From Nemertoderma westbladi (Eukaryota > Animalia > Xenacoelomorpha), in the NCBI GenBank assembly GCA_032718475.1, contig JAUCBJ010003670.1, positions 6,226-70,225 on the forward strand: DNA of 64,000 bases. The letters are read 5' to 3'. A program made the translations under genes and the position numbers. The number at the start of each line of letters is the position of its first letter. Position 1 is the stretch's first letter. The notes under the pieces are model-generated. The model did no database searches. It saw only the letters and a program-made list of their open reading frames with translations, and was not told where the DNA came from. This document shows positions 13,441 through 25,904 of this stretch, piece after piece.

Positions 13441-16365
13441 CACTAGAAGCCCCAGAGAAATTGACCCCCTTTAAGCCCCGCAGGGGTCATTTTTGACCGC
13501 CACTTGAAATCAGAATGAAATTGGCTTGTTACACCCGCAGAGATAGCATATTAGTATATATATAGCATATATTCTATACATATGTAATAATAAAATATAA
13601 TATATAGAAATATATATTATATATATTATTATATGTCTATAAACAGCATATATATACTATTTTTGTTATTAACAATGAATGTTATTAATTTTACGTTTTT
13701 ATTAAATTTGACCGATGAATATTATTCAAATTAAGATCTAAATTGGTATCCTACCTACAAACATACTGATATTTCTATCAGATTTTATAGATAGGCGTTA
13801 TACTGTATAGTGTATATAGCTATATACCTCTATAGAGTAGAATCAGTTGTTGTGACAGTCGTTGCAAATAACACGGACGTATTTTACTTGTTCAGTAATA
13901 CAATTCCCACAGCGGGGATGACAACACATTAGACAAGTTAAATTAGTTTTGTTGCCACAGCCCTGTGTGTGACATTGATGCCTCTTTAATGAGACTTTGG
14001 CAACACAGTCGGTCGCCACCAAACAATCAGGTGCGGCGGCTGTTGCCATTGGCAACTCAGGACTACCTGATGTTCTTTGACCGATATATGACTTTGACAG
14101 ACCAGTGAGGAGTTGAAACAGAAATGTACGGCGAGAAATCTTCGAACCAACACACTCCTTATAAGTTAGCCAAGAATTTATTCCCGCAATATCCAGAATA
14201 TTAGCCCAGACAGCCATTGGCCAACGTCGACCACCTACCTTAGTTGTATAGACCCGACTCATCTGATCAAAGATGTCAACTCCACACTTATTTGCGTTAT
14301 AGAATTCGATAATTTCAGGAATTTTTTTATCCGATTTCGTATCCGTTATTATCGCACTGTCGTGCAGAGTCGATAGTAAGACAACGAATTTGTTCTTCTT
14401 ACATCGGTAAGACACTTGCTTCGTTCCAGAAGAACCTACTATCGAACAAATCGCCACCAGATTTCTTGAGCATCTCGTTGTGACACAGTTTTCGCCGATT
14501 CTGTCTCATTGTACCAACGAGGGTTGTTTTCAGATTTGACAGTTTGGACGCCAGTGTAAGGGAAGTGAAGAAGTTGTCCATGGTTACATTATAGCCCCGA
14601 TTGAAATGACCGGCCATCAACTTCAGCACAACATCCTCACCCAGCGGCAGAGTTCTCGACTCTTCTTTACCCAAATACGGGATTATCATTACAACATACT
14701 TAGTCGCCATGTCAACCAAGACCCAAAATTTGAGCCCATACTTATCGGGTTTCTTGGGCATGAAAGATATAAATTTACACCTTCCTTTAAAGGGTAGTAA
14801 TTGCTCATCTATAGTTAGTGAATAATTCGGAATGTACTTTGAACTACAGTTTTCAACGAAAATATCGAACACTTCTCTGATGGGGTAAAATACATCTGCA
14901 ATTGCGATCATACCACTTCGCCTAGAAACTCTGTCATCAAAAGCAAAGCAGCGCTTTATTAGAGAAAAACGATTTCTAGACATAATTTCCCGAAAGATAT
15001 TTATCCCTGTGTGGTTAGCCCAAAGTAACTTCACTGGCAGATGTTTGCCATAAAATCCACGGGCATATTGTATAGCAATGAAAGCTTCCAGTTCTACAGA
15101 AGTCAAATTGAGATCTACTTTCAGTTTCTCTTTAGCAAATTTGTTCGTATATTTCAAAATAGTGTTGAGAATTGGTTCAGAAATAAACTCCTTCCAAGCT
15201 GTATATTCATCTGATACTCTATTCTTTATATAAGGTTTGACAACAACACGTTCCTTGAAAACATTACGTGCAGCTGCTCTACCTTTACATCCACCTGCCT
15301 CAAGAACGGACCACTTCGTCCCATCCTTACCCATCAATGCACCTGAGTCTGGATCATCAGATTCAGAGATAGGATCTTCATCCGAATCCGAGCTCGAAAA
15401 CCCAAGAAACTCACAATTATTGATGTCGCTCTCCCTCTCGCTACTTTCATCTCCGTTACAACTGTATTCATCACCACTTTCTTCTGGGCCTACTGGTACG
15501 CCTACCATTATCGGTGCCAGCTCCAGTACAGGTACAGGTAGTGGTTCAGATGGGGTTTGTTGCATCACATTCAAATCCCCACAAGTAGAAGCAGATTCGC
15601 TTGCAGGAGCAGTACTACTACCGCTGGTAGTGTCGGATGCTGCTCCTGTCCGATGACGCAATGGATAGGTTTTTCTAACGGCATCCATGGTGAAATCCTC
15701 TTACTGATACCGTACCTAATATCTTTCACCTTTACAGTAGGTATCTGTGTCGTGTGTACCGGTACTGATCTTGTCACAAAATCACAAACCCTAGTGAAAC
15801 CCCACTGCCGTAGTCTACCATTATTTTGGCCAGGTTAGTGGTGTGTAGGGCAGTACTGCAGTCCACATTGCCTGAATGAATATTATAAATTACCTATTTA
15901 AAATTACCACTGTCGAAAATATTTTAAACTACGTTACTAAAAACAATTTATTGATTGGTGGACTATTGCTTGTATTAGGGCGGGTCGGATCCTAACGGAT
16001 CAGAGCGGATCCGATCGGATAGAAACCCACAAAATATACTAAGCTACCAAGGCGAGTCTGGGATACTTACTACGGTATAGCAGACTGAGCCTACCTGCAA
16101 TAAACTTAATTTCACTTACCTACCACTTCACTAATACTGTGCGTAACACTATCTAGCCATAGCGGTCATTTTTGACCCCTATGGGGCTTTTCGGATATTT
16201 CAATTTTTTGAGAGAACGAAATGAAATTTTTTATTTCATTTTTGATTACCTAAGGATAAACCCGGAAAAGTCAAGAAATTTCATATTTATACAATACATA
16301 GCAGCAGAGATAATTCGATTTGAATTTGCAAAACGGTCAAAAATGACCGCTTGGGGCTTCTAGTG
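13441..16365 (-). mobile_element. piggyBac DNA transposon, full length
   Basis: 14-bp TIR CACTAGAAGCCCCA / TGGGGCTTCTAGTG. Flanks TTAT (left) and TTAA (right). Subterminal GGTCATTTTTGACC repeats. Confidence 0.93.
13843..15688 (-). pseudogene. piggyBac transposase, frameshifted near 14400-14457
   Basis: TIDEQLLPFKGR, KPDKYGLK, VTMDNFFTS, GVDIFDQ (DDD triad) and a C-terminal Cys-rich domain, split over two ORFs. Confidence 0.92.
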
Positions 16366-17156
16366 TTAAGATGCGTCTCAAGAAAGTCATGGGCTGTCCA
16401 CCATGCTTATTCACTCCATGAGGCTGCCAAAGTAGATTATGCACTGGCTGGTCCTCACGGCGAAAGCAATGTCCTGCAAAGCGGAGGCGATTTTGTTCTA
16501 GTGTCAAGCTTGGGGGAACCAATGAGACACCTCCAATGTTATATAGTGTCTGGTTGGAGATGTGTGCATTGTACTTGACACAATGAACCCGGCGTAGCAT
16601 TCTTGTGAATGTGCCATCTAGAGATTTGGTGTCCTCAGCAGTTAGAGCCCAGCATGGACGCCCATAGAGGAGTACTGGAACTACTGCTGCTCTAAATAAT
16701 CGGACCTTCAGTTTCCGATTATTTCTCGCGTGACTTCCAAATCCTGGAAAGCCTATTCATGGCTGCCCATGCCTTTCCCTTACGTATTCGAAGGTCCTCT
16801 CCTGATTTCCGGATCCATGATCCTAGGTAACAGAATTCGTCCACATGCTCAAGCATACCATCCTTTGAGCTTATGCTCATCCGATCCGAGACTTGCTTCA
16901 AAGTTAACTGTCCAAATTTTGGTCTTTCTGGAGTTAATAAAAAGACCAACACTAGAAGCAGCATGTTCTAATGAGCTGAGGAGCCGTTGGGCTCCCTCTA
17001 GTGATACTGAGAGTACTCCTAAGTCATCAGCAAAGTCTAGATCAGTTAGGTACTTGGCAGGATTTCCTCGACTTCTGGAGCCAGTAGGTGGAGTTATCAT
17101 CACCCCATCATCATTATGATGATCTAAGGACATGCGTAGAACATAGTCAACCACAA

Positions 17157-17409
17157 GCAAAAGCAAAGCAAACAGTCGGCCGAAACCGGAGGCGACCCAA
17201 AGGCTCCTCTTTCGATAGCTCCTACCCGAGGGTAGGGGTGGGCGCTACTCCTATCCCAAGATTTGCTCCCAGTTATTTAACTGGTACTCAATTTATCGAC
17301 CCCAGTGGATGAAAGGCTGAGTGGACCCTGGCGGGGCTGAACCTACAACCAATAGATTGCAGGCCCGGCGCTCAACCAACTGAGCTACCCCGCCTTGCTC
17401 ACACCACTT
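17157..17409 (-). mobile_element. tRNA-derived SINE, full length, inserted in the LINE RT
   Basis: Head GGCGGGGTAGCTCAGTTGGTTGAGCG...GGTTCAGCCCC and a TTTGC-repeat tail. 11-bp TSD GTCAACCACAA (17146-17156, 17410-17420) splits FIIVVD|YVLR. Confidence 0.92.
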
Positions 17410-19628
17410 GTCAACCACAATTATGAATAAGAATGGTGCAAGTGTGTCTCCCTGGAGGACGCCCCATAACAGTTCAAATGGTTCTGTGTCACCATCAACA
17501 GTAGACACAAATGTTGTCGAACCATCGTATACTGATCTGAGTGCTGCAATAATTTCATCAGGAATCCCATATAATGAAAGTATGCTGAACATACGTGAGC
17601 GGGAGACTGAATCAAAGGCCTTGAAGAAGTCAACAAAGATAACAGCCAGATGCCTGTCTTTCTTTTTTGATAACTCATCAATTATCCTTCGAAGTGCCAA
17701 AATGGGCTCCATGGTCCCACGACCTTTACGGAACCCATTCTGATTTCCACGGAGCAGTCTCTCAATGGGATCCCTGATGCGATTTAATAGAATTCTATTG
17801 TATAGCTTTGCAGCAATCGAGATCAATGAGATTCCCCAAAAAGAACCATCGAGTGTTAGGTTGCCCTTCTTGGGAACTGGCACCAAGTTATTTGTTTTCA
17901 TTTCTTGTGGGACTCTTGTTGTTCGGTACATGTCTACTATGATGGATAAGCTTTATATACATCTCTATACATAAGTGTACTGCAGTTGTTGGCTTTATGA
18001 TTTAGGAAGGCAATATTCATATATCAGTTATTAGTTATTACTCTCTCACTTACAACTGTGTGTTTGTAATATGAATAATTACTGGTGCTGATAGCGCCTC
18101 TGTCGAAATCCAATGCGAATATTTATTAGGTTACTGAGTGTATCTGAACTGATTAATGGCCCTAATAGTAGGGACGTTAACCACCATATTTTGGAGGAAT
18201 TGTGCATTTTGTGATAAAAGCACCAAAACTTACCCATAGATAGTCCATATAAGGGCGAGTGTCTTAAGATAGGGAACCACCTCTGAATATCATTGGTACC
18301 CTGTTACCATGCCAACAAAGACTACTTACCTTAGTAATGGGTGAGTAGTATATGTTTGTATGACACGGCATCAAGGTCACCCATAGCCCATCATTACCAT
18401 CCATTTCTAGTACTGCATCCAATCAGAAGCCACCATTTCAACCTTTACCAGTGGTCGTTATTATTTCATCCAATCAGATGCCAGCATTTCATTCGTAACC
18501 ATGGTAACTTCTCAAGTTCCTGCTTATTCCGCTAGAGGCGTTATTAGTCACCCAACGCTAGTACTGCATCCAATCACCAACCTTTATTTTACAGGCGCTA
18601 CAGGTGTCTACAGGTAACGTCTACTATTTTTCAAATCGCTATTTTTCAGCAACCAGTATTTTCATATTCACCAACCTTTATTTTACAGGCGCTAGAGGTG
18701 TCTACAGGTAACGTCTACTATTTTTCATTTCGTAATTTTTCACCAGTAACTAAATTTAATTTCGCAATTTTTCAGATAACAAAATATTCAACTGGGTTCG
18801 AACTCGGGACTGTTATAACTCTTCACAACTCACCACTCACTCTTCCATCCAACCTCGAGAGAAAAAGGCCATAAATATCCGAGTTATAACAAAATATTCA
18901 ATCGATGATTGATATGATATGATATTGTACTGTACAGTACGTAGCCTAACCTAACCATCCAATCGTATACCTACCATAGCTATGATGGTTACTCTTCCTT
19001 TCATTTTTTTCTCTCCCTCTCTCTTTTTAGTGTTGTTTATTATTGATTGATTGTTGTCATCTCAATGATTTCCTATCCACCCTCCCACCCGGTACTTGTC
19101 CACGTTGCTGTACCATCATGTTTTGCCACATTTCTCAACTCACTCTTCCATCCAACCACGAGAGAAAGAGGCAATAAATATCTGAGTTATACCATAGTCA
19201 TTGAATTCTTCATCTTCATCACTGGTAGCAGATGTTTATAAATAGCATCTAGTCCCTTAACATAATTACTATAGCATAGAATACATTAATTCGACTATTA
19301 GTAATAATCGATTTCTTTTATCGTTGTATATATGTGACTGGTCGGTCAACTAAGTTGAATATAAGTTAGAATGATAGGACTAGCATTGTTCACGTTGCAT
19401 CTGTTACTCGTTACTGCTATTTCACTCTCTAACTCACGCTAATGTAATAAATCAACCATTAACCTAGAAGGATAATTTTAGCTGTACACTTGCATCTGTT
19501 ACACGAAACTACTATATTATTCACTGTAAGTCACTCTGTTGTAATAAAGCAACCATATAAACCGAAGTTTTACATTCTAATAATCATTTATTTAGTTTTT
19601 ATTTTTCAAAATAGTTTTCATTCTAATT

Positions 19629-19988
19629 ATGGATTTATTTAAAAAAAGTTCAAGCAATACTTGGAAATTTACATGTAATAAATATACCTGTAGTATTGTT
19701 TATGGCAAGTACTTTAAATTACACTCAAGCGATAGCAATGTAACAACATGCTTCTCTTACCGGGATACACTCTACCTTCTAGACACCTTAGAAATATTAA
19801 TCAACCGACAAAAGGAATCATCAGTTTCAAGAGGTAATATTTATCCTAATATAGAATTTACAAGAGGAAAGTTAAATATTTCCACCTGCGTTATTACTGA
19901 AAACGTATATATTCAGAAGCGAGGCAAATGTCAAATTCTAAACAAATCACTCATTAATTTATTGCTTCAGAGTAAACAAAAATATTAG
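19629..19988 (+). CDS. Polinton hypothetical protein (119 aa)
   Basis: ATG-initiated ORF directly ahead of the next ORF, same composition as the other Polinton genes. No recognised motif. Confidence 0.5.
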   Translation: MDLFKKSSSNTWKFTCNKYTCSIVYGKYFKLHSSDSNVTTCFSYRDTLYLLDTLEILINRQKESSVSRGNIYPNIEFTRGKLNISTCVITENVYIQKRGKCQILNKSLINLLLQSKQKY

Positions 19989-19990
19989 AA

Positions 19991-20671
19991 TTGTTATCAC
20001 CACCACTCGAAATAATAAATCAGTATTCTGTTGTTAATTTAACCAATCCATATTTTGTTGGTTTTGTAAGCAAATATAAAGGAACGGCTTATATGGGACT
20101 ATGGGAGATTTCAGCTAGATATTCTGATGCTATTGGTCTTAGGTATTATAATGGGTTTAACTTAACAGCATCGGAAGTAAATTCATTGTGGTATGAATGG
20201 AATTATGAAATTAGTAACGAAGGTGTCTTTTCAGAGCTAGATACGAGCGATAAAGCTTTATCTGACCGACTTAAAGTAAAAATAAATGTACAAGAAAAAA
20301 AAGTAATTATTACAGACAAGGAAAGCAAATATTTACAGTTACATTACGATAAAGACATACCACATATAGAGTTTCTCAACGATATGATGGAAAAGGTTTC
20401 ATCAACTGATATAGCAGACGGTTTCGCGATTCTATATCAACCAACTTGGAAGTTTAAGGTTAATAAATCATTTCCAGAAGCAGTTTCATTCACATTTAAT
20501 CCAAAGACATACATCGAAGAGACATCGAGTGATAGAAAGCGCAGATCTACGTCTCAAACATCTTCCAATCCCAACAATGATTCTATACCTACAAAGAAAA
20601 GAAAAGTTACAAAAGCAAGTGAAGAGGTAGCAGATTACAATAAGGAACATATAAAAGCAGTATCAGATTGA
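19991..20671 (+). CDS. Polinton protein with a PC4-like ssDNA-binding/coactivator region and a basic NLS-like tail
   Basis: FVGFVSKYKGTAYMGLWE...NGFNLTASEVNSL resembles the PC4 pattern VSVxxFKGxxxIDIRE...KGISLxxEQW. The tail contains RKRR and KKRK. Confidence 0.55.
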   Translation: MLSPPLEIINQYSVVNLTNPYFVGFVSKYKGTAYMGLWEISARYSDAIGLRYYNGFNLTASEVNSLWYEWNYEISNEGVFSELDTSDKALSDRLKVKINVQEKKVIITDKESKYLQLHYDKDIPHIEFLNDMMEKVSSTDIADGFAILYQPTWKFKVNKSFPEAVSFTFNPKTYIEETSSDRKRRSTSQTSSNPNNDSIPTKKRKVTKASEEVADYNKEHIKAVSD

Positions 20672-21049
20672 TTTATTATTAACTAGAGACTTTCACAGTA
20701 AAGTTTCATAGTTTTTTTTTTCAGTTTCACACTGACTAGTAAAGGTAACTTTTTAACACAAAGCATGATTATTATAAAGTATTTGCATGTAAAGGTAACT
20801 TTATTGAGTAAATATTGGTGATAGTTTATATTTAATGTGAGCATGGGATTAGGTATAAAACATTCGCATGTAAATGCATGAGTTTACATCTGATATTATA
20901 ATAAAACATTAGCATGTAAAACCTACTTTATCAATGAAAATTAAAAACGCATTATGCACATCTTGGTTTAGACTTGATTTTATTATAAAGAATTCAGTTG
21001 TAAAAGCAACTTTATTTATGATATTAGTTTCCAATGTAACTGTTATTTA

Positions 21050-21092
21050 TGATTGGTTGGCATAAGTAGAAACTTGAAATATATATAAAGAG
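21050..21092 (+). promoter_or_regulatory. Putative CCAAT plus TATA promoter of PolB
   Basis: GATTGG at 21051 and TATATAAA at ~21082, upstream of the PolB ATG at 21250. Confidence 0.35.
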
Positions 21093-21249
21093 CTCAACTG
21101 ATTTAATCGAGCTCATTCTGAAAATATTAAATTAATTAAAGTTTAGATATTATATTTTATTTGTGTTGAGTAGCTTATGAATTTTTTTTGATTATATATA
21201 TATAACAATATTCATATTAATTTTAAATTGTTTTTAGGATAATAAAGAG

Positions 21250-24200
21250 ATGGATAAACAATTGAAATGTCCATTTTGTCCTCTTCAAATTTCTAAACGA
21301 AATTATTTAACTCACTTGAAATCACATTTTCAAGAATACAATTGTTTTAATTGTCAAGTGAAATGTTCACGTGAAGAAATTTGCAAACGACATGAATCAA
21401 CTACGGGTTGTAAAGAAATGAAGTTTTGCGTGTATGAAAAAACTTGCCCTACTTGTAATAAAGAGTATTTATATGAGAATTATTTACGTCACGACTGTCA
21501 CCAATGTTATTATCATGTTAGACCACCGCGACGGAACCAAAACAATACTGTCGCATCTAGAAAAAGACTGAAATCTGGTCAAGGTCCATCAATTTTTAGC
21601 CTCGAACGAGCCGCACACGATAACCGTTTAGAAATCTATGTTTACAATCTTCCGAATGATGAAGATTTTCCTGATATTCATTCATCGATACTAAAAATTC
21701 TTCCTCATATTAAAAAGTTATTATTAGGAAAACTTAGTGAAATGAATGTACTTAGACCCTGGCTAGGTGTGAATATACTCATGTATTGATCACATTTTTC
21801 AGAGGGTGACCAAGAAGAAACTTTCTATTTTAGTTCTTCAGGTGGTGCAGTTAATACCGTAGATTCACATGAAAGTTTCTATATTTGGGAGTATGTACTA
21901 GAAAAATTAATGCAAAAAATAGCCATGTTTAACACTCGTGGCTCAGGGTGGCGCGTTAAATCTTTATTAAGAGTGGAAATTAAAGTAGCTGAATCCAAGT
22001 CTAAGTCACTGGAATATAAAGGTCACGGTTATATGGAGTTACCTAAGGCTCTATCGAGTAAACAATGTGTTATAAAAATACAAACGGCTGATAATGACTG
22101 TTTCAAATGGGCTATTATAGCCATAAAATTTAGTAGCAAAGTGAAGATAAACAAAAACTGTACTTCGTCATACACAGATTACATGAATCATTTTATTTTT
22201 GACAATGGGAACAAAGATTATCCAACAGAATGGCAGCTTGCAATTAAACTTTTTGAAAAACAGAATTCAGCATATATAATTAATTTATTACTCTACGACA
22301 ACAATCGAGTATCTATATTAAGACAGGCACCATTTAGTAAAATCACTCCAGATAAAGAGTTATTGAATATATTACTTGTAAAAAATAAGAATAAATCAAA
22401 ACAATCACATTATGTTTGCATAACTATCTTGAATCGCTTGATGAATACAAGCATATTGGATGTAGGAAATATTGTGAACGGTGTTTGACGCATTTTTACA
22501 GCAAGGATGTTCTAGAATTTCACCGTCTTACTTGTTATCAAGGAAAAAGTCAAGTTGAGAAGCTAGCGTCTGAAAAAAGAACTCACATTAGCTTTAGAAA
22601 TTTAGACAGAACATTACCAGCATTGTTTGTAATATATTTTGACATAGAATCTATTTTGGAGCCAGCCAGCAACAGTAAATTTATTCAGAATCATATTCCA
22701 TGCGCTGTAAGTTATTTAATTGTCCCTAGTAGCGAATTAATCAATCCACCAAAATTTTATTTGAAGACCTTTACAAAAACAATCGACAACAACTGTATTC
22801 AAGACTTTTTAGACTCTGTATATAATGACATCACCCAATTATATAAGTGGTCAGAAACTGACACGTGAGAAAAGATGATACTTAATGATGTAGATAAGTT
22901 AAGTTTTTGGAAAGCTAAAACTTGCTTTTATTGCAATGTTTTATTTAAGGATAAATCTGAGAAAAACAAACATCACTCACATATTACTGGTAACAATATA
23001 GCAGCCACTTGTAACGCATATAACCGCTCTTTATAGTTGAAACGACTCATGTATATACTCGCTGCACACAACTGCAATCACTACGATTTGCATTTTCTTT
23101 TACAAGTTGGGTTTACCAATAACAGATATTCCGATTGGGATATAAAGGTAATCCCTAAAAATTCTGAAAGGTATATTTCACTAAGTATGCATATACCGGT
23201 AAAAGATCAAAAAACTAAAATTGAGCTACGTGTCTTAGACATATATCAATTTTTATCCTTTTCCCTAAGTACTTTAGTTGATTGTTCAACAAAGGATATA
23301 GACGGCGAGGATATAACATCAGTTCTACCAATTACTGAACAGCAAATGAAATATTTTTATCCGAAATTAAATAATGCAACAATTAAACGAAAAGGTATAT
23401 TTCCCTACGAGTATCTGACAGATTTAAATAAATTCAACGATTCGAAATTACCATCAATAGACAAATTTTATAGTAAATTAACACAAAATACCTGTACATC
23501 CGAGGAATATAGTTTTGCCAACGCATCATGGAGTCAGTTTGACTGTTCAAATCTCAAGGATTATCTTTTAGCATACTTAAAACTCAATGTTTGTCTCCTC
23601 GCTGATATATTTGAGAACTTTAGGAGAGTATGTAGACAAAACTACGAATTAGAAGTAGTTTATTATTGCAGTATCGCAGCTTTCACTTATGATTGCGCCC
23701 TGAAATACAATAAATGTAAGTTAGCATTAATAAAAGATTACCAAACATATAGGGATTTTGAAGCATCTATTAGAGGAGGGATTTCATTCTGTCGAAAGCA
23801 TTACATAGAATCAAATATACCAGATACTGATAATTATGATCCAAGCAAGGAAGGGTGTCATATTTTCAATATAGATTTTAATTCCTTGTATTCGGGTAAT
23901 TTAAGTAAAAAGCTACCTGTTTCAGGTTTTGAACAACTCAACGTTACATATTTAGAGAATGCTGCTCCAGAAGAACTAATAAACTATTTAACAAATCTTG
24001 ATACTGAAGGGGATATTGAGTTTTTCTTAATTTGCGATTTGAAATATCCCAAAGATATTCATGATCGTACATTAGAACTACCCTTAGCCCCAGAACATTT
24101 AAGTATAAATGAGACAATGCTTTCACCATATATGAAAGATCAATTTAATAATGTATGTAAACAAAGAGGTACTAATAGCAAGTATAAGATGTGTGCACCA

Positions 24201-25181
24201 AAACTTATGTTGACACAATTCGATAAAGAATTATATCATGTAAATTTAAAACTGTTAAAATTTTATATAAAACAAGGTTTAATTGTTACTAAGCTCCATA
24301 AATTGTATTCTTTCCATCAAGACTTTGTATTTAAACCCTATATAGATTTTAATATTAATCAAAGACGTTTAGCAAAAACTTATATTGAAACAGCTGTTGC
24401 AAAGCTGCTGAATAACTCGTTATTTGGTAAAACAATAGAGAGGATACGAGATCGCTGTAATTTCCGTATCGCTAATAGCAATGAGAAATGCGATCAATTG
24501 GTGAAACGTATAAATCACGAAAATTTCATGATTTATAACAATTCCTTATCGGGACACTTATTAGTGAAAGACAGCGTGACACTAGATAAACCAGTCTATG
24601 TAGGTAGTACTGTCTTGGATTTAGCCATACTTGATATGTATGAGCTGTACTACGATAAATTGCTACCTATTGAGAAAGAATTAAACTGCCGAATTGAAAT
24701 TGTAGCACCAGATACAGACTCATTAATAGGTTGTTATTATAATACATCGCAGAATAATTTCTTAAAAGCATTAATTAAAAATAATATTCTAGATACCTCT
24801 AATTATCCCAAGGATCACCCTCTCTACAGCGATAAAAATAAATCCAGACTCTATTACTGTAAAGACGAGTTGTGCTCACGAGAGATTAAACAAGCAGTAT
24901 TTTTACGTCCAAAGTTATATTCAATTTTGGAATGGAATAACAAAAATATTCGTAGAGCGAAAGGAATAACAAGAGCTGTCGTGGATAAAAAAATTTGCCA
25001 CAAAGATTATTTAAGAGCATATAAGGATAACGAAGAAATTTCCAAGGAAACGCATCAATTTCAGAGTCAATTACACAAAGTGTACACTGTAGCATAAGAT
25101 AAGTTTGCTCTCAGCGCATTTGACAATAAACTTTATTGGGTTAATAAAAATCATTCACTTCCCTGGGGTCACTATCAAACA
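21250..25181 (+). pseudogene. Protein-primed family B DNA polymerase with N-terminal C2H2 fingers and an endonuclease VII-like segment; 4 in-frame stops and 1 frameshift
   Basis: RGSGW, DNDCFKWA, ExoI YFDIES, ExoII AHN..YDLHF, RKGIFPYEY, IRGG, DFNSLY, KLLNNSLFGK, DTDSL, RPKLYS, RAKGI. After TAA 25095 it continues ALSAFDNK...PWGHY. Stops at 21787, 22866, 23034, 25095; frameshift at ~22450. Confidence 0.95.
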
Positions 25182-25235
25182 AAGGTTGTAAAACCAATAA
25201 AAAAAAATATATACCTATTTATCGGGAGCCAAACA

Positions 25236-25777
25236 ATGAACTATCAGATAGTTAATAAGAATGTAAGTTAGCGATTAATTTGAAAGAATTAAAAATTCAA
25301 TTATCTGGTAAACACATACTCAAACCAAATCAGTTTATATATATGATATTTGGTGCCACATTATTAATATTTAAAAATGGTCGTATTACATTATTAGGTA
25401 GTAAGTATAATTTCCAAAAAGTAAAAAAGCATATATTTGATAAAACAAGTATTAATTTGATTTTAAAATCTGTTAATTTATGTACTTATATTTTTAGTAT
25501 TAACTCTGTAGTCTATAGGTTATTGATAAACAATACCGGGTTTTATGTTGTCTTTGATAATGTACAACTTCAAGTTATATATGAACCTGAAATTTTTAAT
25601 AATTGCAAAATAAGAATAAATAATACCGTAGTCATTTGCTGCTTTCATACCGGTAAATGTACTTTAATGTGTTCACCTAGCAAATTTCATATTTATTAAC
25701 CTATATTTAGTAAACTGGTTAATTATTTATTAATGTTTGGTGTTGTGACTTTAGGTGTAGAATATATTGGTAATTAG
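25236..25777 (+). pseudogene. TATA-binding-protein (TBP)-like gene of the Polinton
   Basis: Two-repeat TBP signature: YQIVN...CKLAINLKE...ATLLIFKNGRITLLGSK...VIYEPEIFN...VICCFHTGKCTLM. TBP has TALIFSSGKMVCTGAK, SYEPELFPG and LLIFVSGKVVLTG. Frameshift near 25265 and an in-frame TAA at 25697. Confidence 0.75.
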
Positions 25778-25904
25778 AAGGTGAAAATTAAACATTATTA
25801 TTTTTCAATCGATCTATCGGTAGTTAGGGAAAACTAACCTCGTTTGAATAAGCATGACTCTCACAGGCTGACTGCGTGCCTAGCTGACAGTAGCTGCGAG
25901 GCTG

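Larger units (their letters stand above)
13335..17935 (-). mobile_element. 5'-truncated RTE-clade LINE (RT plus C-terminus), interrupted by a SINE and a piggyBac
   Basis: RT motifs PVPKKG, QNGFRKGR, VDFFKAFDSV, GVLQGDTLAPFLF, LDFADD, FCYLGS, RLRFAGH. The C-terminus IKDIG...GDRELWRR resumes at 13440-13335 beyond the piggyBac. Confidence 0.92.

Noticed and set aside
21250-25777. Alternative genetic code or programmed readthrough in Polinton genes
   Set aside because: All three stop types occur, together with frameshifts and catalytic-site substitutions. Decay is the simpler explanation.
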